DNA of 64,000 bases from Eledone cirrhosa. Its lineage: Eukaryota. Below, piece by piece: positions 1 to 12,659 of the stretch. The notes beneath the pieces are model-generated. The model searched no databases, was not told the origin of the DNA, and was given only the letters and a program-made list of their open reading frames with translations. Positions within the stretch are counted from its first letter, which is position 1. Every line of letters starts with the position of its first letter. The position numbers were made by a program, and so were the translations under genes. The DNA lies in the NCBI GenBank assembly GCA_964016885.1, contig OZ024742.1, positions 233,368,001 to 233,432,000 of the forward strand, written 5' to 3'.

Positions 1-5
1 TAGTT

Positions 6-215
6 TGGCAATATCCGTAGAAGGTCAGACGCCATGCTTTGCAGCATAGAGTTGCAGCTCTTTATGATCTGAGTTAAAATCCCGCCGAGGTTAACTTTGC
101 CTTTCATCCTTACGGGGTCAATAAAATAAAGTACCAGTCACGGACTGGGGTCGATTTAATCGACTTTCCCCTCCCCAAAAATTGATGGCCTTGTGCCTAT
201 ATAAGAAACCATTAT
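6..215 (+). mobile_element. tRNA-headed SINE, dominant family of the window
   Basis: A-box-like TGGCAATATCCG, B-box-like GAGTTAAAATCC, core CCGAGGTTAACTTTGCCTTTCATCCTTACGGGGTC..TAAAATAAAGTACCAGT, tail GGCCTTGTGCC..AGAAAC(ATT)n. A diverged copy follows at ~235-425. Confidence 0.9.
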
Positions 216-929
216 TAAATGTCAACCAGAGTATGATTGGGTTGGCAGAATCGTTGGTACCTCAGGCACATGCCTTGTAGTATTTGTTCTGGTTTCAAAG
301 TTCTGAGTTCAAATCCCACCGAGACCAACTTTACCTTTTACCCTTTCGATGTCGATAGAATATAGTACCAGGAAAGAACTAGGTCAATATAATAGACTTT
401 TCCCTCCCTACAAATTGCTGGCCTCATTAAATCTCCATTGGTGTCCATCTTACAATTCTTGGTGTGTTTCGTCCATTCGTAACGTGCGTTAGGCTTTAGT
501 TACATACACACACATCTATACGTAAATATACAAACTGATACTCAGATAACAGAAGTGTAAACACACGCACACATACACACATTTACTCATACATATTCAT
601 AAATAGACACTTTATACAAAATAATTATTACATACACACACATTTATGTAATGATTGAGGATGAGGCTGGTGAAATACTATAGCGATGATCATTTCAAGA
701 TTAGCTACACTTACGTGAGTGTATGTGTGCGTTTGTGTAAGTGTATGTGTTTGTGTGTTTTGTGTGAGTGTATGTGTGTGTGTGTGTTTTGTGAGTGTAT
801 GTGTGTGTGTGTTTTTTGTGAGTACATGTGTTTATATTTATATATTTAATCATACATATAAATGTATACATATGCATATACACATGCACATACACACACA
901 ATTGTAATGAATTGTGTGTATGTGTACAG

Positions 930-1086
930 AGACGTGAGGAAATGAATGGAGAACAAAGGCATATCGTTTTAGAGCAAGGTAGACTAAGACAACAGGAGAG
1001 AAGAGATAATACACAACTAGACGATCTTCTCTTAAATAGCTCCTCTTAATTTGTTTTGTCCGTGGAATATCCACGGGTCCTGCTAG
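930..1086 (+). mobile_element. Helitron 3' end (non-autonomous; 5' limit uncertain)
   Basis: Hairpin CCGTGG-AATAT-CCACGG (1060-1076), then CTAG ending at 1086 and a flanking T: the canonical Helitron 3' terminus. Confidence 0.7.
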
Positions 1087-2150
1087 TTATGATTAAGAGT
1101 AATAACACTGTTTAATCAAACTGTGTAATAGCAAACACAAATCGCCATTTACAACTATTCCATTTGCTTACGTTACTCGTTCGAATGAAATGTCAATAAA
1201 CTCATTTCTTCTATTTATTTTTTTCATCAAACTTTCCCAATGATATCATAAAATCTTAATTAAAACATTCGTATAAATGTGTATTGTAAAGCAAACTATA
1301 ACCTCTCCACATTATGGCATTCCATATTATAGATATTATGAGAATTTTCTCCAACTCAAAATTGTTCAAGTCTTATTAAAGAGATATTCATAAGTAAAAT
1401 CCCCTACTTATTTCTAAAGGTTTTACTTCTGTTTTTCTTTGATATTACCAAACTTAGAGCCCAGTAAAGTACTACTATTCCGTGGTTTCTACTCTTCCAT
1501 TTCTTGAGGCAGCCACACCACACGCTCTTTCAGATAAATTAAACTTTAACCGCACTGGTTAGCATGGAGACTACCCAGTTTTTCTTTTCAGTTTTCTTTT
1601 CAGTTGTACAAATAAATGTTTATTAAACATCTTGACTTTTAGTAAAATTCATCTTGACTTTTAGTAAAATTCAAAATCCTTACAATTATATACCTAAAAC
1701 AACATCTAATCTGATCTGAAACAGTTTGATTACTTAGATCAACTATTGCTTTTTATACTTGTTCTAGATTACTTTTCCATTTTATTGATAGTACACATTT
1801 ATAATCATAATATGGATTTCATGGTTTATTAAATGAAGTTTTCATTTTAAAATAAATATTTTATTTTATTTTATTATATTTTACTTTAACACAGTAAATA
1901 ATGTTGTCCTATTTTCTCAAGGCTTACCTATACAGTGAATAATTAAAAACAGAACTCTACAGCGTTAAAGAAGTAGTCTGATGAGCTTCCTACCATCCAT
2001 GATATAGTTCGAACACATAGAGATGTTTCGAAATATCTTCTCGCTATCAGCAATATTCAGTTGCCTAAACTCATACTTAAAACTGCTGAGCTTTATTGTA
2101 AGAAAGCATTCTATAAAATAATGATTTCTAGCATAGACAGAAGGCTATAA

Positions 2151-2152
<2 letters not shown>

Positions 2153-2205
<53 letters not shown>

Positions 2206-2236
2206 TGCGTGTGTGTGTGTGTGTGTGTGTGCGTGC

Positions 2237-2293
<57 letters not shown>

Positions 2294-2349
2294 TGTGTGT
2301 GTGTGTCTATGTGTCTGTGTGTCTGTGTGTCTGTGTGCGTGTGTGTGTG
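2153..2349. repeat. (TG)n/(TGCG)n microsatellite
   Basis: Direct reading; explains the CV/HT ORFs. Confidence 0.97.
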
Positions 2350-3399
2350 GAGGGCTATAGTCCATTAAATCAAGTCCCGTAGTTGACTGGTACTTCTGTT
2401 AAATTATTGTCCCCAGAAAGATAAAGACAAAAATCGACCTTAACATGATTTGAATTCAGAATGTAAAGAGATGTAACTAAATAGAAAGCCGTCATTTTTT
2501 AGACAATAACAATTGAAAATTTAACTCTGCCTTTCTCCTTCTTCGAGCCAATACAAAAAGCTTTTCAGGGCAAATCATTTAAAGGTGTCATAAGAGCCGT
2601 ATAGTATATCCACCTTTATTTATGAGAAAGGATGTAATGTAGACACAATGGCATTATGAGTGTTACGTCTGGAACGGGATATGCAAAATAAAGATTATTA
2701 TAATATTATTATTATTATCATTATTAAATAAATAAATAAATGAATAAATAAAGAAATCATTATTATTATTATTATTAAGGTCGTCATCATCATCATCATC
2801 ATCATCATCTTGATGATAGTAATTGGATATATATAATACCTTGTTTATAGTATGACACAAACCATAGATTATAATATATAATATAGGGAAGAAAAACAAA
2901 CGCAATTGGTCTGTATTGTGCACAAAGCTTCATATTCACGATCATAAAATTACATGTATACAACGCACACATATTTACATATACATTTATATTTAAATTT
3001 AAAAAAAAACAATCAAAAACACATAAAACTGCCTGTGCGTGTCTAATTGTGTGCGTCTGAATATACAAGCGTATCAGCAAGGCTTTATATACATTTGTAT
3101 ATTTTAGTTCATCACTTATTTATTTATTTATTTATCTATTGATTTATCTAGTTATTTATAAATATCTAATATTGAGTAAAATTGCAACCATTTTTAGATA
3201 CCAGAGTTACTTCCCTTGGGGCGCATCATGTGTCTTTCCATAGCAAGAGGTAAGGGGAGGATAACTTTGATAAACTTCGCTTGCAAAGTATGTGAATGAC
3301 GTCACTAGAGCACGCTATGTTACTAAGCAAATAACACCTAACACATAACGAGTTGTTTTATTTGTTTACAAACGTACCAGCGCACACAGATTCCATATA

Positions 3400-3960
3400 C
3401 GCAGAATCGTTAAACAATATACTTTGCCATATTTAGTTATGACTCTTCGTGGTTAACTTAGCTTGTCATCCCCCCGGAGCGCAATAAAGTAAAATGGGGT
3501 TGATTTATTCGACTTCCCCCTTCCCATCCTAACACTGTGCGCCCTTGTGCCAAAATTAGAAACCATTACGGTCTGAGTTCAAATACTGCCGAGGTGAACT
3601 TTGCCTTTTATCCTTACGGGGTCAATAAAATAAAGTACCAGTAATGCACTGGAGTTATTGCTGGCCTTGTGCCTATAACAGAAACCATTATTATTATTGT
3701 TGGGGTAGGTGGTGGTGGGGGGAATCGCTGCTGTTGTTGTTTTTCTTGTTAATCATGATGGTCACCAGTTGAGAATTTAATAATAATTTCTATTTTGTAC
3801 ACAATGCTAGCAATTTAAGTAGAAGAGAAATCGATTATATCGATTTCACATTTGACTAGTACTTTATCTTATCAACTCCAGATGGATGAAAGGCAAAGTT
3901 GACCTTCGCGGATTTGAAATTAGAGCGTAGATAGCCAGGAGGAATACTGCAATACGTTCT
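3400..3960. mobile_element. Cluster of SINE copies (+ at ~3400-3570 and ~3570-3690; - at ~3780-3960)
   Basis: Core CTGAGTTCAAAT..CCGAGGTGAACTTTGCCTTTTATCCTTACGGGGTC at 3573-3623; reverse core GGATGAAAGGCAAAGTTGACC near 3884-3904. Confidence 0.8.
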
Positions 3961-4699
3961 AGCGACTTTAGTAATATACCACCTCAGTTGAGATTTAATA
4001 ATGGAAACAATTTTATAGAAAAAGAAAAAAATAGATTGAGAAGAAAGAATGGAATGTGAAATAAGAAAATATTTCAAAATAAAACGGAAAAAAGAAAGCA
4101 AAGACAAAGGCTCAAGTGTCACAGAAGAATGGTGGGGTGAGGGACATTGATGGACTCTGGGCCTAGAACATGATGGTAATGGAACTGCGCCCCACGGACA
4201 AGACCACAAAAGCATTAGAAATCTCTTATAGTTTGTGTATAGATATTAATAAGCATGTATATAGGTAATACATAATTTACGTACAGTGCTCATGTATATA
4301 TCAGCATATGTGTATATATAGGTAATTTATACATAACTTACACATACTGTTCATGCATGTAGATACCAGCGTGCTTGTATATAGGCAATATATAATTTAA
4401 ATACACTGCTCATGTAGTTATTCTTCAGCACACAGGTGTTATATAGATTGAACCTAATAAAAACATACCAGACATTATCTGCTCCCATCAATAGAGATCT
4501 AATACAGTTATATTCAGAACACTAAGCTTTCTCTTCAAGATTTAAAACCTTTTCAGGCTTGATCTGTTAATGACCTTCTCCAATGCAAAAGCGTGACCTT
4601 TATTTAAATGCTACCCATTCGGCAAAGTCGTCAGAGCGTTGGCTATTTGTTCTGAGTCGCAGGGTCATTTTGCATTTCATTTTATTGAGGTAGATAACG

Positions 4700-4895
4700 A
4701 AGTTACCAGTCCAATATTAGAGGAACTCGCTCTCCTTCAACTGTCGCACCCTGAAAGTTGCACTTGATCAAGGAAGGGTGGCTCGAAAGGATACCTGTGC
4801 CTGTCTGCAGTTGTACGGGGGTACCTAAAACCCTTAATGAAAGCATAGTACATACTATCAAGTCATACTCGATTACGAATGACAGCTGTAGACCC
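4700..4895 (+). mobile_element. Short interspersed repeat with RTE-like 3' tail; related to 33370-33602
   Basis: GAAAGCAT..CATACTA..AAGTCATACTCGATT.CGAATGAC..TGTAG shared with 33549-33602. Confidence 0.6.
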
Positions 4896-4988
4896 ACATA
4901 TCTGAAACTGTGCCGTTGTTTCACACAATATTTTAAACTGAAAAAAAAACAAAAAAATAAATAAAATAAAATAAATAAATCAAAATAA

Positions 4989-5183
4989 CAGACCTGCCAA
5001 CTTCTAGAAACCCAAACAGGGAGTACCATGAAAAAAAGTGCCCCAAAACGGGGAAAAATGAGGCAAAATGGGGAGATTTTACATAGTGAAAGCTATACCC
5101 ATTTACGCAAGAGAAGACATCTCTCATCTACCTCAAAGTGGGTGGGAGATCTCCCGGTCAGTCGAGGAGAGTTGCCAGGTTTG
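4989..5183. mobile_element. MITE (non-autonomous DNA transposon)
   Basis: Imperfect terminal inverted repeats CAGACCTGCCAACT / AGTTGCCAGGTTTG; no ORF; no clear TSD. Confidence 0.55.
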
Positions 5184-5680
5184 AAAGAAAGCCATACAAC
5201 TAACTAACTGATAAACATTGACTCACCAACATGCGACTACAATTATCCAGCCTAACCTACAAAACACTATTTCTCTTGATCTAACAAACATTAAGCACTT
5301 TTAATTACATAAATTATCGAAAAGGATTAACAATTGTCAGTAAGAAAGTAATTAGAGAAAATAAAATAAATATAAAAGAAAACAACAAGCGGAAAATAAA
5401 GTGTGAGAAGACAATCATAATCAATTGTATGTCACAAACGGAGGCGCTGGGCTTTTCCTCTAATATTGTTTATGGTAATCCAATACACGACATTACCGCG
5501 AATGATAGCGAGACTAAGGTTTTAGAATAACTAAGCACCTTTCAGAGCATCACATGATAAATCGGTAAGACGAGCCGCCCAGCAATAACAAGGATCTCAT
5601 TGTCACCAGCCCAACTCCTTTGAATGGAAGATGAAATCTTTTCTTACCATCATAATCATATATGAAGAACATCAACCGAA

Positions 5681-5829
5681 TTGATCTCACCACACACGCT
5701 CGCACACACACACACACAGACACACAGGCACATACACACACGCACACACACACACGCTCGCACACACACACACACACACACAGGCACACACACACACGCA
5801 CACACACACGCACACGCATACACACACAC

Positions 5830-5871
<42 letters not shown>

Positions 5872-5925
5872 CTGTATATATTGATCTCACCACACACACA
5901 AACACACACACACACGCACACACAT

Positions 5926-5965
<40 letters not shown>

Positions 5966-5984
5966 ATCTCACCACACACGCTTG

Positions 5985-6022
<38 letters not shown>

Positions 6023-6055
6023 AATATGTGTGTGTGTGTATGTGTGTGTGTGTGC
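5681..6055. repeat. Compound (CA)n/(TA)n/(TG)n array with a 3x repeated anchor TTGATCTCACCACACAC
   Basis: Anchor at 5681, 5881 and 5963. Confidence 0.9.
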
Positions 6056-6560
6056 AAAAGGTTAACAGAAATAACGAAGCAAATGACACAGTACAATGAG
6101 GAAACATTTGGCAGTATCAGTAGAGGGTCGGACGCCATGCTCTCCAGCATAGTTACGGCCCTTTATGATCTGAGTTCAAATCCCGCCGAGGTTGACTTTG
6201 CCTTTCATCCTTACGGGGTCGATAAAATAAAGTACCAGTAATGCACTGGGTAATTGCTGGCCTTGTGCCTAAAGTAGAAACAATTATTTGTTTTACGCTT
6301 GATATAAAGGAAAAGAGTCTTAATGTTTCGGAAGCTAGTCCTTCACCAGAAAATAGAACGAGAAATCAAAGAAGAAACCGAAAGATCGAGAAGAGTGGGC
6401 AGTGACAGAAATGAAAGAAATCTTATAGAAAACACATATCCATTCAAGTCGCCATCTCTTGGAAAACTAACTGTTGATTCTGTCATTGTTGTTACAAGTT
6501 TATATTGCTTTAAAAAGCGGTGCTCGAAAGCATCTGGCTGAAAAGGGGGAAAAATCGTTT
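6050..6560 (-). mobile_element. Penelope-like terminal repeat (pLTR) remnant with degenerate hammerhead, interrupted by a SINE
   Basis: Colinear with 39620-39930 (AAAAGGT.AACAGAAATAAC..; TCTTAA.GTTTC..GCTAGTCCTTCA.CAGAA; CCATTCA.GT..CATCTC). Confidence 0.6.
6108..6288 (+). mobile_element. tRNA-headed SINE, near-consensus copy
   Basis: TGGCAGTATC..GAGTTCAAATCCCGCCGAGG..core..AGAAACAATTATT. Confidence 0.92.
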
Positions 6561-6659
6561 TTTTTTATATAGAGCGCGTACGCGTGAGTGTGCGTGTGCG
6601 TCTTTGTGTGAATGTGTGTTGGTTGTTGATCTGTGCGTATATAAAAACCAGAAATTAGA

Positions 6660-8960
6660 AGCTTGGCATCTCTTGCACTGTGGAATAATTCTTTCGCGGT
6701 GATTGATTGGTTCAACGGCATATGCAACAAGGAACATTGCCGTTTTATCCAATTCGACATCAATAACTACTACTACTCCATCACTTTACAACTTCTTAGA
6801 GCTATCAATTTCGGTAAAACGCTCACGGTGGTTAAGGATTTCGAAGTTGATGTCATCCTCAATGCCTGTAAGTCGGTGATTAATTTCGACGACTCTATTT
6901 GGATAAAAAAAATCTAATAGTACCCCATTCGACGTGAGTATGGGCGCCAGTGATTCAACGAAGGTTTCAGATCTTATCGGTCTTTTCCTTCTTTTCTCTA
7001 TCAAGGAAGAATTCCCCAATGTGGATGGTGGTTTGTACCTCGATGACGGTCTTTTGACCATGACAAAGTGCGATCCTCGCGCTCGTGACAGGTTCAGAAA
7101 AGAACTCATAACCTTCTTTAAAGGCTTCAACCTCTCCATACAAGTTGAGGCCAACTTTTCGGTCGTAAACTACCTCGACATTACCCTCAATTTATCGAAT
7201 GGCTTACACTACCCGTATAGAAAGCCGAATGATACACTTAATTACATCAGTAAGCATTCTAACCATCCTGCCAGCATAATCAAGAACCTGGTAAGAAACG
7301 TTTCTCTGAGGCTTTCCCGTCTATCTACAAACGAGCATATTTTCACCCACCATTCCACATATTACAATGAAGCTCTTGCTCGGAGTGGATTTGTCGATAC
7401 GGTAGCATATACTAAGTATGAGCATAAAGCTAGGAAAAATAGATCCCGACGCATTATATGGTATAACCCACCATATAATATGGAGGTGGTCACACCATCA
7501 GCTAAGATCTTTCTCTCTCTTATTAAGAAGCATTCCCCTCAGCACATAAATATAATAACATTTTTAATAGAAATACCGTTAAAATATCTTACTCCACGAC
7601 TCCTAACTTTGCACATAACATCACTGCTTCAAATTTAGCTAAATTACGTAGCCGTAGTGACCTGTGCAACCCTGTAGCTAGTACTAACTGTAATTGTAGG
7701 AATCGGGTTGACTGCCCCCTATCCGGGAAATGCCTTACCAGTAATATTGTCTACAAATGTAAGGTCGAAACACCCACGTCTAGTAGGGCCTACATAGGGT
7801 TAACCGCCAATAGATTCAAGCAGCGTCTTTACATGCACACCCATTCTTTTCTTAACCCTTTAAGAAGGAATATAACGTCACTTTCAGCTTATATTTGGAG
7901 TCTAAAAGACAACCACACCCAATATAGGTTACACTGGGGGAGATCCTAGCTAAAGCTAGATCGTATAACGGAAATAAAAGACCATGCGATATTTGCGCCG
8001 CTGAAGCCCTGGAAATACTCTACGCCAATGATCACATTTTAAACAAAAAATCTGAGGCAATTTCGGCTTGTAAACACAAATTGCATAAAACTTTCCTGTT
8101 TTACAGCCCCACATTATACCCTAACGGATAGTACGAACAATACGCGGATAATTTACGTCTTGATGAGTTAGCTAAGTATATTCTATGTTTATACCATTAC
8201 TTATTTGTATAGGTAAGTATACCTTACCCGTATGTTTTGTGGAGTACGTATACTTTCTCGTACGTATATATGCTTGTATATGTTATAGGTGCATATATTA
8301 TATATATTGGTATGTGTGTATATGGTTATGTGTATATGTGTATTTCGTTTTTGTGTGTGTGTATGCGTGTATGCGTGTTTGCACGTATGTATGGTGTGTA
8401 TATGTGTACATTGAGTTTTGGTATATGTACGTTTGATGAACATATGTGTATTTACCTGTAGGTATGTGTATGCGTGCGTTATATACGTTTATATAATTAT
8501 ATGTATATATATACACACACACACACACATTTTATATGTGTATTTGGTGTATACATTCGTATTTGTGCGCGTGTTTATGTGTACGTGCATGTATTTGCAT
8601 GCATGGCGTGTGTTTTCGCGTATGCACGTGTATGTTCGTATATAGATGTGTGTATGTATATATTTAATCATTATTACTTTAATAACCTCTGTCATTTTCG
8701 TTCTACTAATTTATTTACATTATTCTTAACTCCGAAGCCGAAAACCATTCTGTTTCCTAAATAGAATATTAGTCTATGACTCCATTTATACAAAAATGTG
8801 GTTTTGTCTTTGCGTGTATTTGTTCTCACCTATCCACATAACGACGTATTATCCTCGCTTTTTTGCCGTTCATTACCAGGGAACGTCTTCACGAACAAAA
8901 GTATCGTCTTCCTGTTTTCCTATCGTCTTCCTGTTTTCCTATCGTTTTCCTGTTTTCCTT
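6660..8960 (+). mobile_element. 5'-truncated Penelope-like element, Naiad-type (RT + GIY-YIG), frameshifted, with 3' UTR
   Basis: W.N...VIDWF..I..K....FIQFDI..YY.SI, YLDDGL, NYLDITLNL, PYRKPN..NYI...SNHP; then a CNCR....CPL.G.CL linker and IVY...YIG endonuclease motif at ~7688-7800. Frameshifts near 6912, 7545 and 7938; stop near 8130. Confidence 0.88.
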
Positions 8961-9083
8961 CGGAAAACAGGAAGACAATACTTTTATTCGTGAAGACGTT
9001 CCCTGGTAATGAACGGGAAAAAGGCGAGGATAATACGTCGTTATGTGGGTAGATGAGAACAAATACACGCAAAGACAAGAACA
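8797..9083. repeat. Long inverted repeat (fold-back of the PLE 3' UTR)
   Basis: Arm ~8797-8920 is the reverse complement of ~8963-9083; an 18-bp unit TATCGTCTTCCTGTTTTCC-like occurs 3x at the centre. Confidence 0.92.
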
Positions 9084-9132
9084 CACGCCATGCATGCAAA
9101 TACATGCACATACACATAAACTACTTGAACTT

Positions 9133-10130
9133 TCTACCTGCTCCAGTTGAACTCAATTCACATGTAGAGTGCACTGCGAGGGCTCCCTAGTGAGTACGAG
9201 TGTTTCAGTTTTCGCAGCACTGATTTTAATTCCAGCCATGAAGCACTCGGCATCAAACCTATCAAGTGCGAGTCGAAGATCATTTTCTATAGAGTTAAGC
9301 AACACCATGTCGGCTGCAAATTTCAGCCGACTGATTTTATACCTACCAGTCGTGATACCAGTTTCAAGCCAGCTGTGCATGTCAATCTTGTTCATGAAAA
9401 TAATGAACAGGAGAGGTGACAGTACGCACCCTCGGCAGACTCTGACTCCCACATTGAATGGTTTTGATTTATCGGAACATAAATACTTGGGCATTCGTAT
9501 GGACACATCAGGGCAAAAAGAAGCTTACCATCGATCCCATACTCTTGCAGAACCTTCCACAGCAGGTCGCGAGGAGCGCAGTCATATGCCTTTCCTATGT
9601 CTACAAAACTAGAATATAATTCTTGGTCATTCTCCCACGATTTCTCGAAGACCTGCCGCAGTGTGAATATTTGGTCGGTTGTGCTGTGTCCGGGGCAAAA
9701 GCCACATTGTTCATCAGCTAGCTTGGACTCGACAATCTCCCTGCATCTCTTTGCCAGACACTTACCGAGGAGGCTTAACGAGGAGATCCCTCTGTAATTG
9801 GAGCAATCTCTCCTGTTTACCTTTTTGACTATCACTCTCAATTGCCATCACTTAGGTGCTTTTCCAGAGATCCAGGCCATCCGGCACTCACAAGTCAGCC
9901 AGAGAATACCTTCTCTATTTAAGGCTTTCAACATCTCGGGCCGGATTTCATCTTCCACAATGGCCTTGCCACATTTGAGATGCTTAACTGCTCTTGAGAC
10001 CTGAAACTCCGAGAACTTAGTCACCACTCGCAGATGTACGTCGTGTACACTGGAAGATGCTGTTGCGATCGGGTTAGGAGATCAGCAAATGATTCTCTCC
10101 AACTCGGCAGGATGCCGTATTTGCCGGCCT
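9133..10130 (-). mobile_element. Decayed RTE-clade LINE fragment (RT)
   Basis: NYRGISSLS, EQCGF.PG.STTDQIFTLRQ, FVDIGKAYD, GCVLSPLLF, FAADMVL in shifted frames. Confidence 0.88.
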
Positions 10131-10289
10131 ATTGGACACCCCTTTCTCATAAGACGCTCCCACTTTTTTTAAATTATATTTTACGTTATATTTTGAAGTT
10201 TACAGGCATTTTTCTGGAACACGTCCAATATTCGCGTTTTTTTGCTCTTCGCGGGTGCTCAAGGAACGTATAAAACGGGGGAACAATTG

Positions 10290-11293
10290 TATGGATAGTA
10301 CGATCTATACGTGGATATTTTACGTCTTGATGTGGGAGCTAAGTATATGTTTTGTTTATACCATTACTTATTTGCATAGGTAAGTATATATTACCCGTAT
10401 ATTTCGTGAAGGTACGTATACCTTCTCGTACGTATATTTGATTGTTTATGTTTTGGCGTAAATTTTTTTTTCTTTTTTTTTTTTATTCTGCTACATATGG
10501 TTTGGCTATGTGTATACGGGAGTTTTGCGTCTGTGTGAGTATGCAGGTTCGTACGTATGTAGGGTGTGTGTATATGTGTACTTCATGTTTTGGTTGACTT
10601 ACGTCTCCGAACATTCGTGTATTTACATGTAGGTATGTGTGTGCGCTTGTTATATACGTATTTATTTATTTATATACGTTTATATAATTATTTATTTATT
10701 TATTTGTATACACGCATACACGCACACACATATTTATATGTGCGTGGTTTTGTATACCTATGGTAAGTGTTTTGCGTATGCTTGTGTATGTACGTATTTG
10801 TTTGCGTGTATGTATTTATTTATTTATATTACTTCTGTATTGTACTTATTTACTTTGTTCTTAACTCTGTAGCGGAGATTCATTCGGTCTCCTAGTTAGA
10901 ATTTTAGTCTACGACTTCTGCTATACCATTTACGTGGTTTTGTCTTTGCGTGCTATTGTTCTCCACGCTCCACATATGACGTATTTTCTTCGTTTTTTTC
11001 GTTCATTGCCAGAGAACGTCTCTATGAACCACCTAAGAGAACATTAGTCTACGACCTCTTTTATACCATAAACGTGGTTCTGTCTTTGCGCGTAATTGTA
11101 TCTTATTCGTTTTTTCCCGTTCTTTGCCAGGGAACGTTTCCACGAACCAAAGTATCGTCTTCCTGTCTTCCTCCGGTTGCAACGTTTTTTGAAATATCCA
11201 CTTCTGCGTTTACAGATTGACTTTGTTAGTTTCAGAATATCCCGTTAAGGGTGAAAGCAGCGATTCTTTGCTTAAACTTTAATCTGTTATTTT

Positions 11294-11296
<3 letters not shown>
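10290..11296 (+). mobile_element. Second, diverged copy of the Penelope-like 3' UTR/pLTR, ending in (TA)n
   Basis: GGATAGTACGA..TTTACGTCTTGATG..GCTAAGTATAT..TTTATACCATTACTTATTTG colinear with 8127-8960; internal partial duplication ~10900-11170. Confidence 0.8.

Positions 11297-11373
<77 letters not shown>
11297..11373. repeat. (TA)n microsatellite
   Basis: Direct reading. Confidence 0.97.
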
Positions 11374-11376
<3 letters not shown>

Positions 11377-11858
11377 AATAAATAATCGAGAATCGAAATC
11401 TCAGCCCACGAAATCACGAAACACAATCTTCGAAATGTGTGACAGAGGGCTCAATAGTTTGGGTAAACCAGAGCTATAACTATCGTTAAAATACCAACAC
11501 ATAGAGAAAATGCTTAAAATCATCGCACAGCCGAAAAAACGACCAGGAAAATTCGGGTCACACAAATAATAAATTGATAAATTAATAAATTAAATGAATG
11601 TAAAATCTTACCCGGACCCGCTAGAAAGATGTTAAAATCTAGCTTTATGGGTTTCTGCAGTTCCTTAATCAATTACCGTCGGCCCAGATAAAAATTATAT
11701 CTGACTTCTGGTAAAGAGATGAACGAGGAAGCTGCTTTCTCAACAGGCATTTCGTTCAGAAATATAGAGACACCCGACCCGTTACTAAACGCACATGGAG
11801 TCAGCAAGGGAGGGAACCCTATAATAGGCGAATGAATTCAGTAAAGTGTATATTTTTG

Positions 11859-11895
<37 letters not shown>

Positions 11896-12180
11896 AATAT
11901 GGATGAGAGGAGGGCTGTGTGGTTACTGATAACGGGTGTTAGAAGGTAAGGAGACAAAAACAAGAGGTGGACAGTCTTCCTTCGTCAGTAGTTAACTACG
12001 GATCACGGTTGTTTCGGCGCATTATTAACTATACATCTAATATATATATATATATATAGTAAAAGAATGAAGTAAAAGAATGAAGAACAACATATATATA
12101 CGTATATATATGTATATACATGCAGGCCTACATACGCACATGCATACACACATCCACCCATCCAGCCATACATACATACA

Positions 12181-12659
12181 TGGTGGCTGCCAACTCGTTT
12201 TCGAGTACGGCCACTACTTTATATCCATGTAGGAGAACCTCTACCGATGCGCTGAACGAGTGTGACCTTTTAGTCCAGCCAGCGACTTGAAAACTCTGGT
12301 ACAAACACTACACTTGTGACAATTATTGACACATAGTGCTGGGCCCATGGTACCCTGTGACGACAAGTGCAGAGTAATCTCCAGATATAAAGCAATGCCT
12401 GTGCCGTGAAGCTTTTATAGTGAGCAAAGGCACTGCACAAAGACAGTCCCACTCTCTTAACCAAGATGATATTTACCAAAAAGAAGTCCTGCAGGACTAA
12501 AAACAAAACCTGTCAAAGGGCAAAGGAGCTCTTAGGAGTCAATGGCCATCCAAAATCACCGGGAGAGATGACCCCTTAGCCTTTGTCAAGGCAGAATTCT
12601 AGGAGAAAGAAAACTATGATATAACACCTGCAACCCTGATGGTATCCAATGATGTTGAC
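12181..12659 (-). mobile_element. RTE-related non-autonomous retroelement with inverted 5' part
   Basis: 12181-12486 is the reverse complement of 34803-35107; 12487-12659 matches 34625-34797 in direct orientation. Confidence 0.88.

Noticed and set aside
1978-2040. Hammerhead at CTGATGA (1978)
   Set aside because: No stem II/GAAA/stem I arrangement in register.
11234-11272. Hammerhead at the end of the second PLE UTR (CAGAATA-TCCC..GGGT-GAAA)
   Set aside because: Position is plausible but the core has two mismatches and helices I and III do not form; at best a dead relic.
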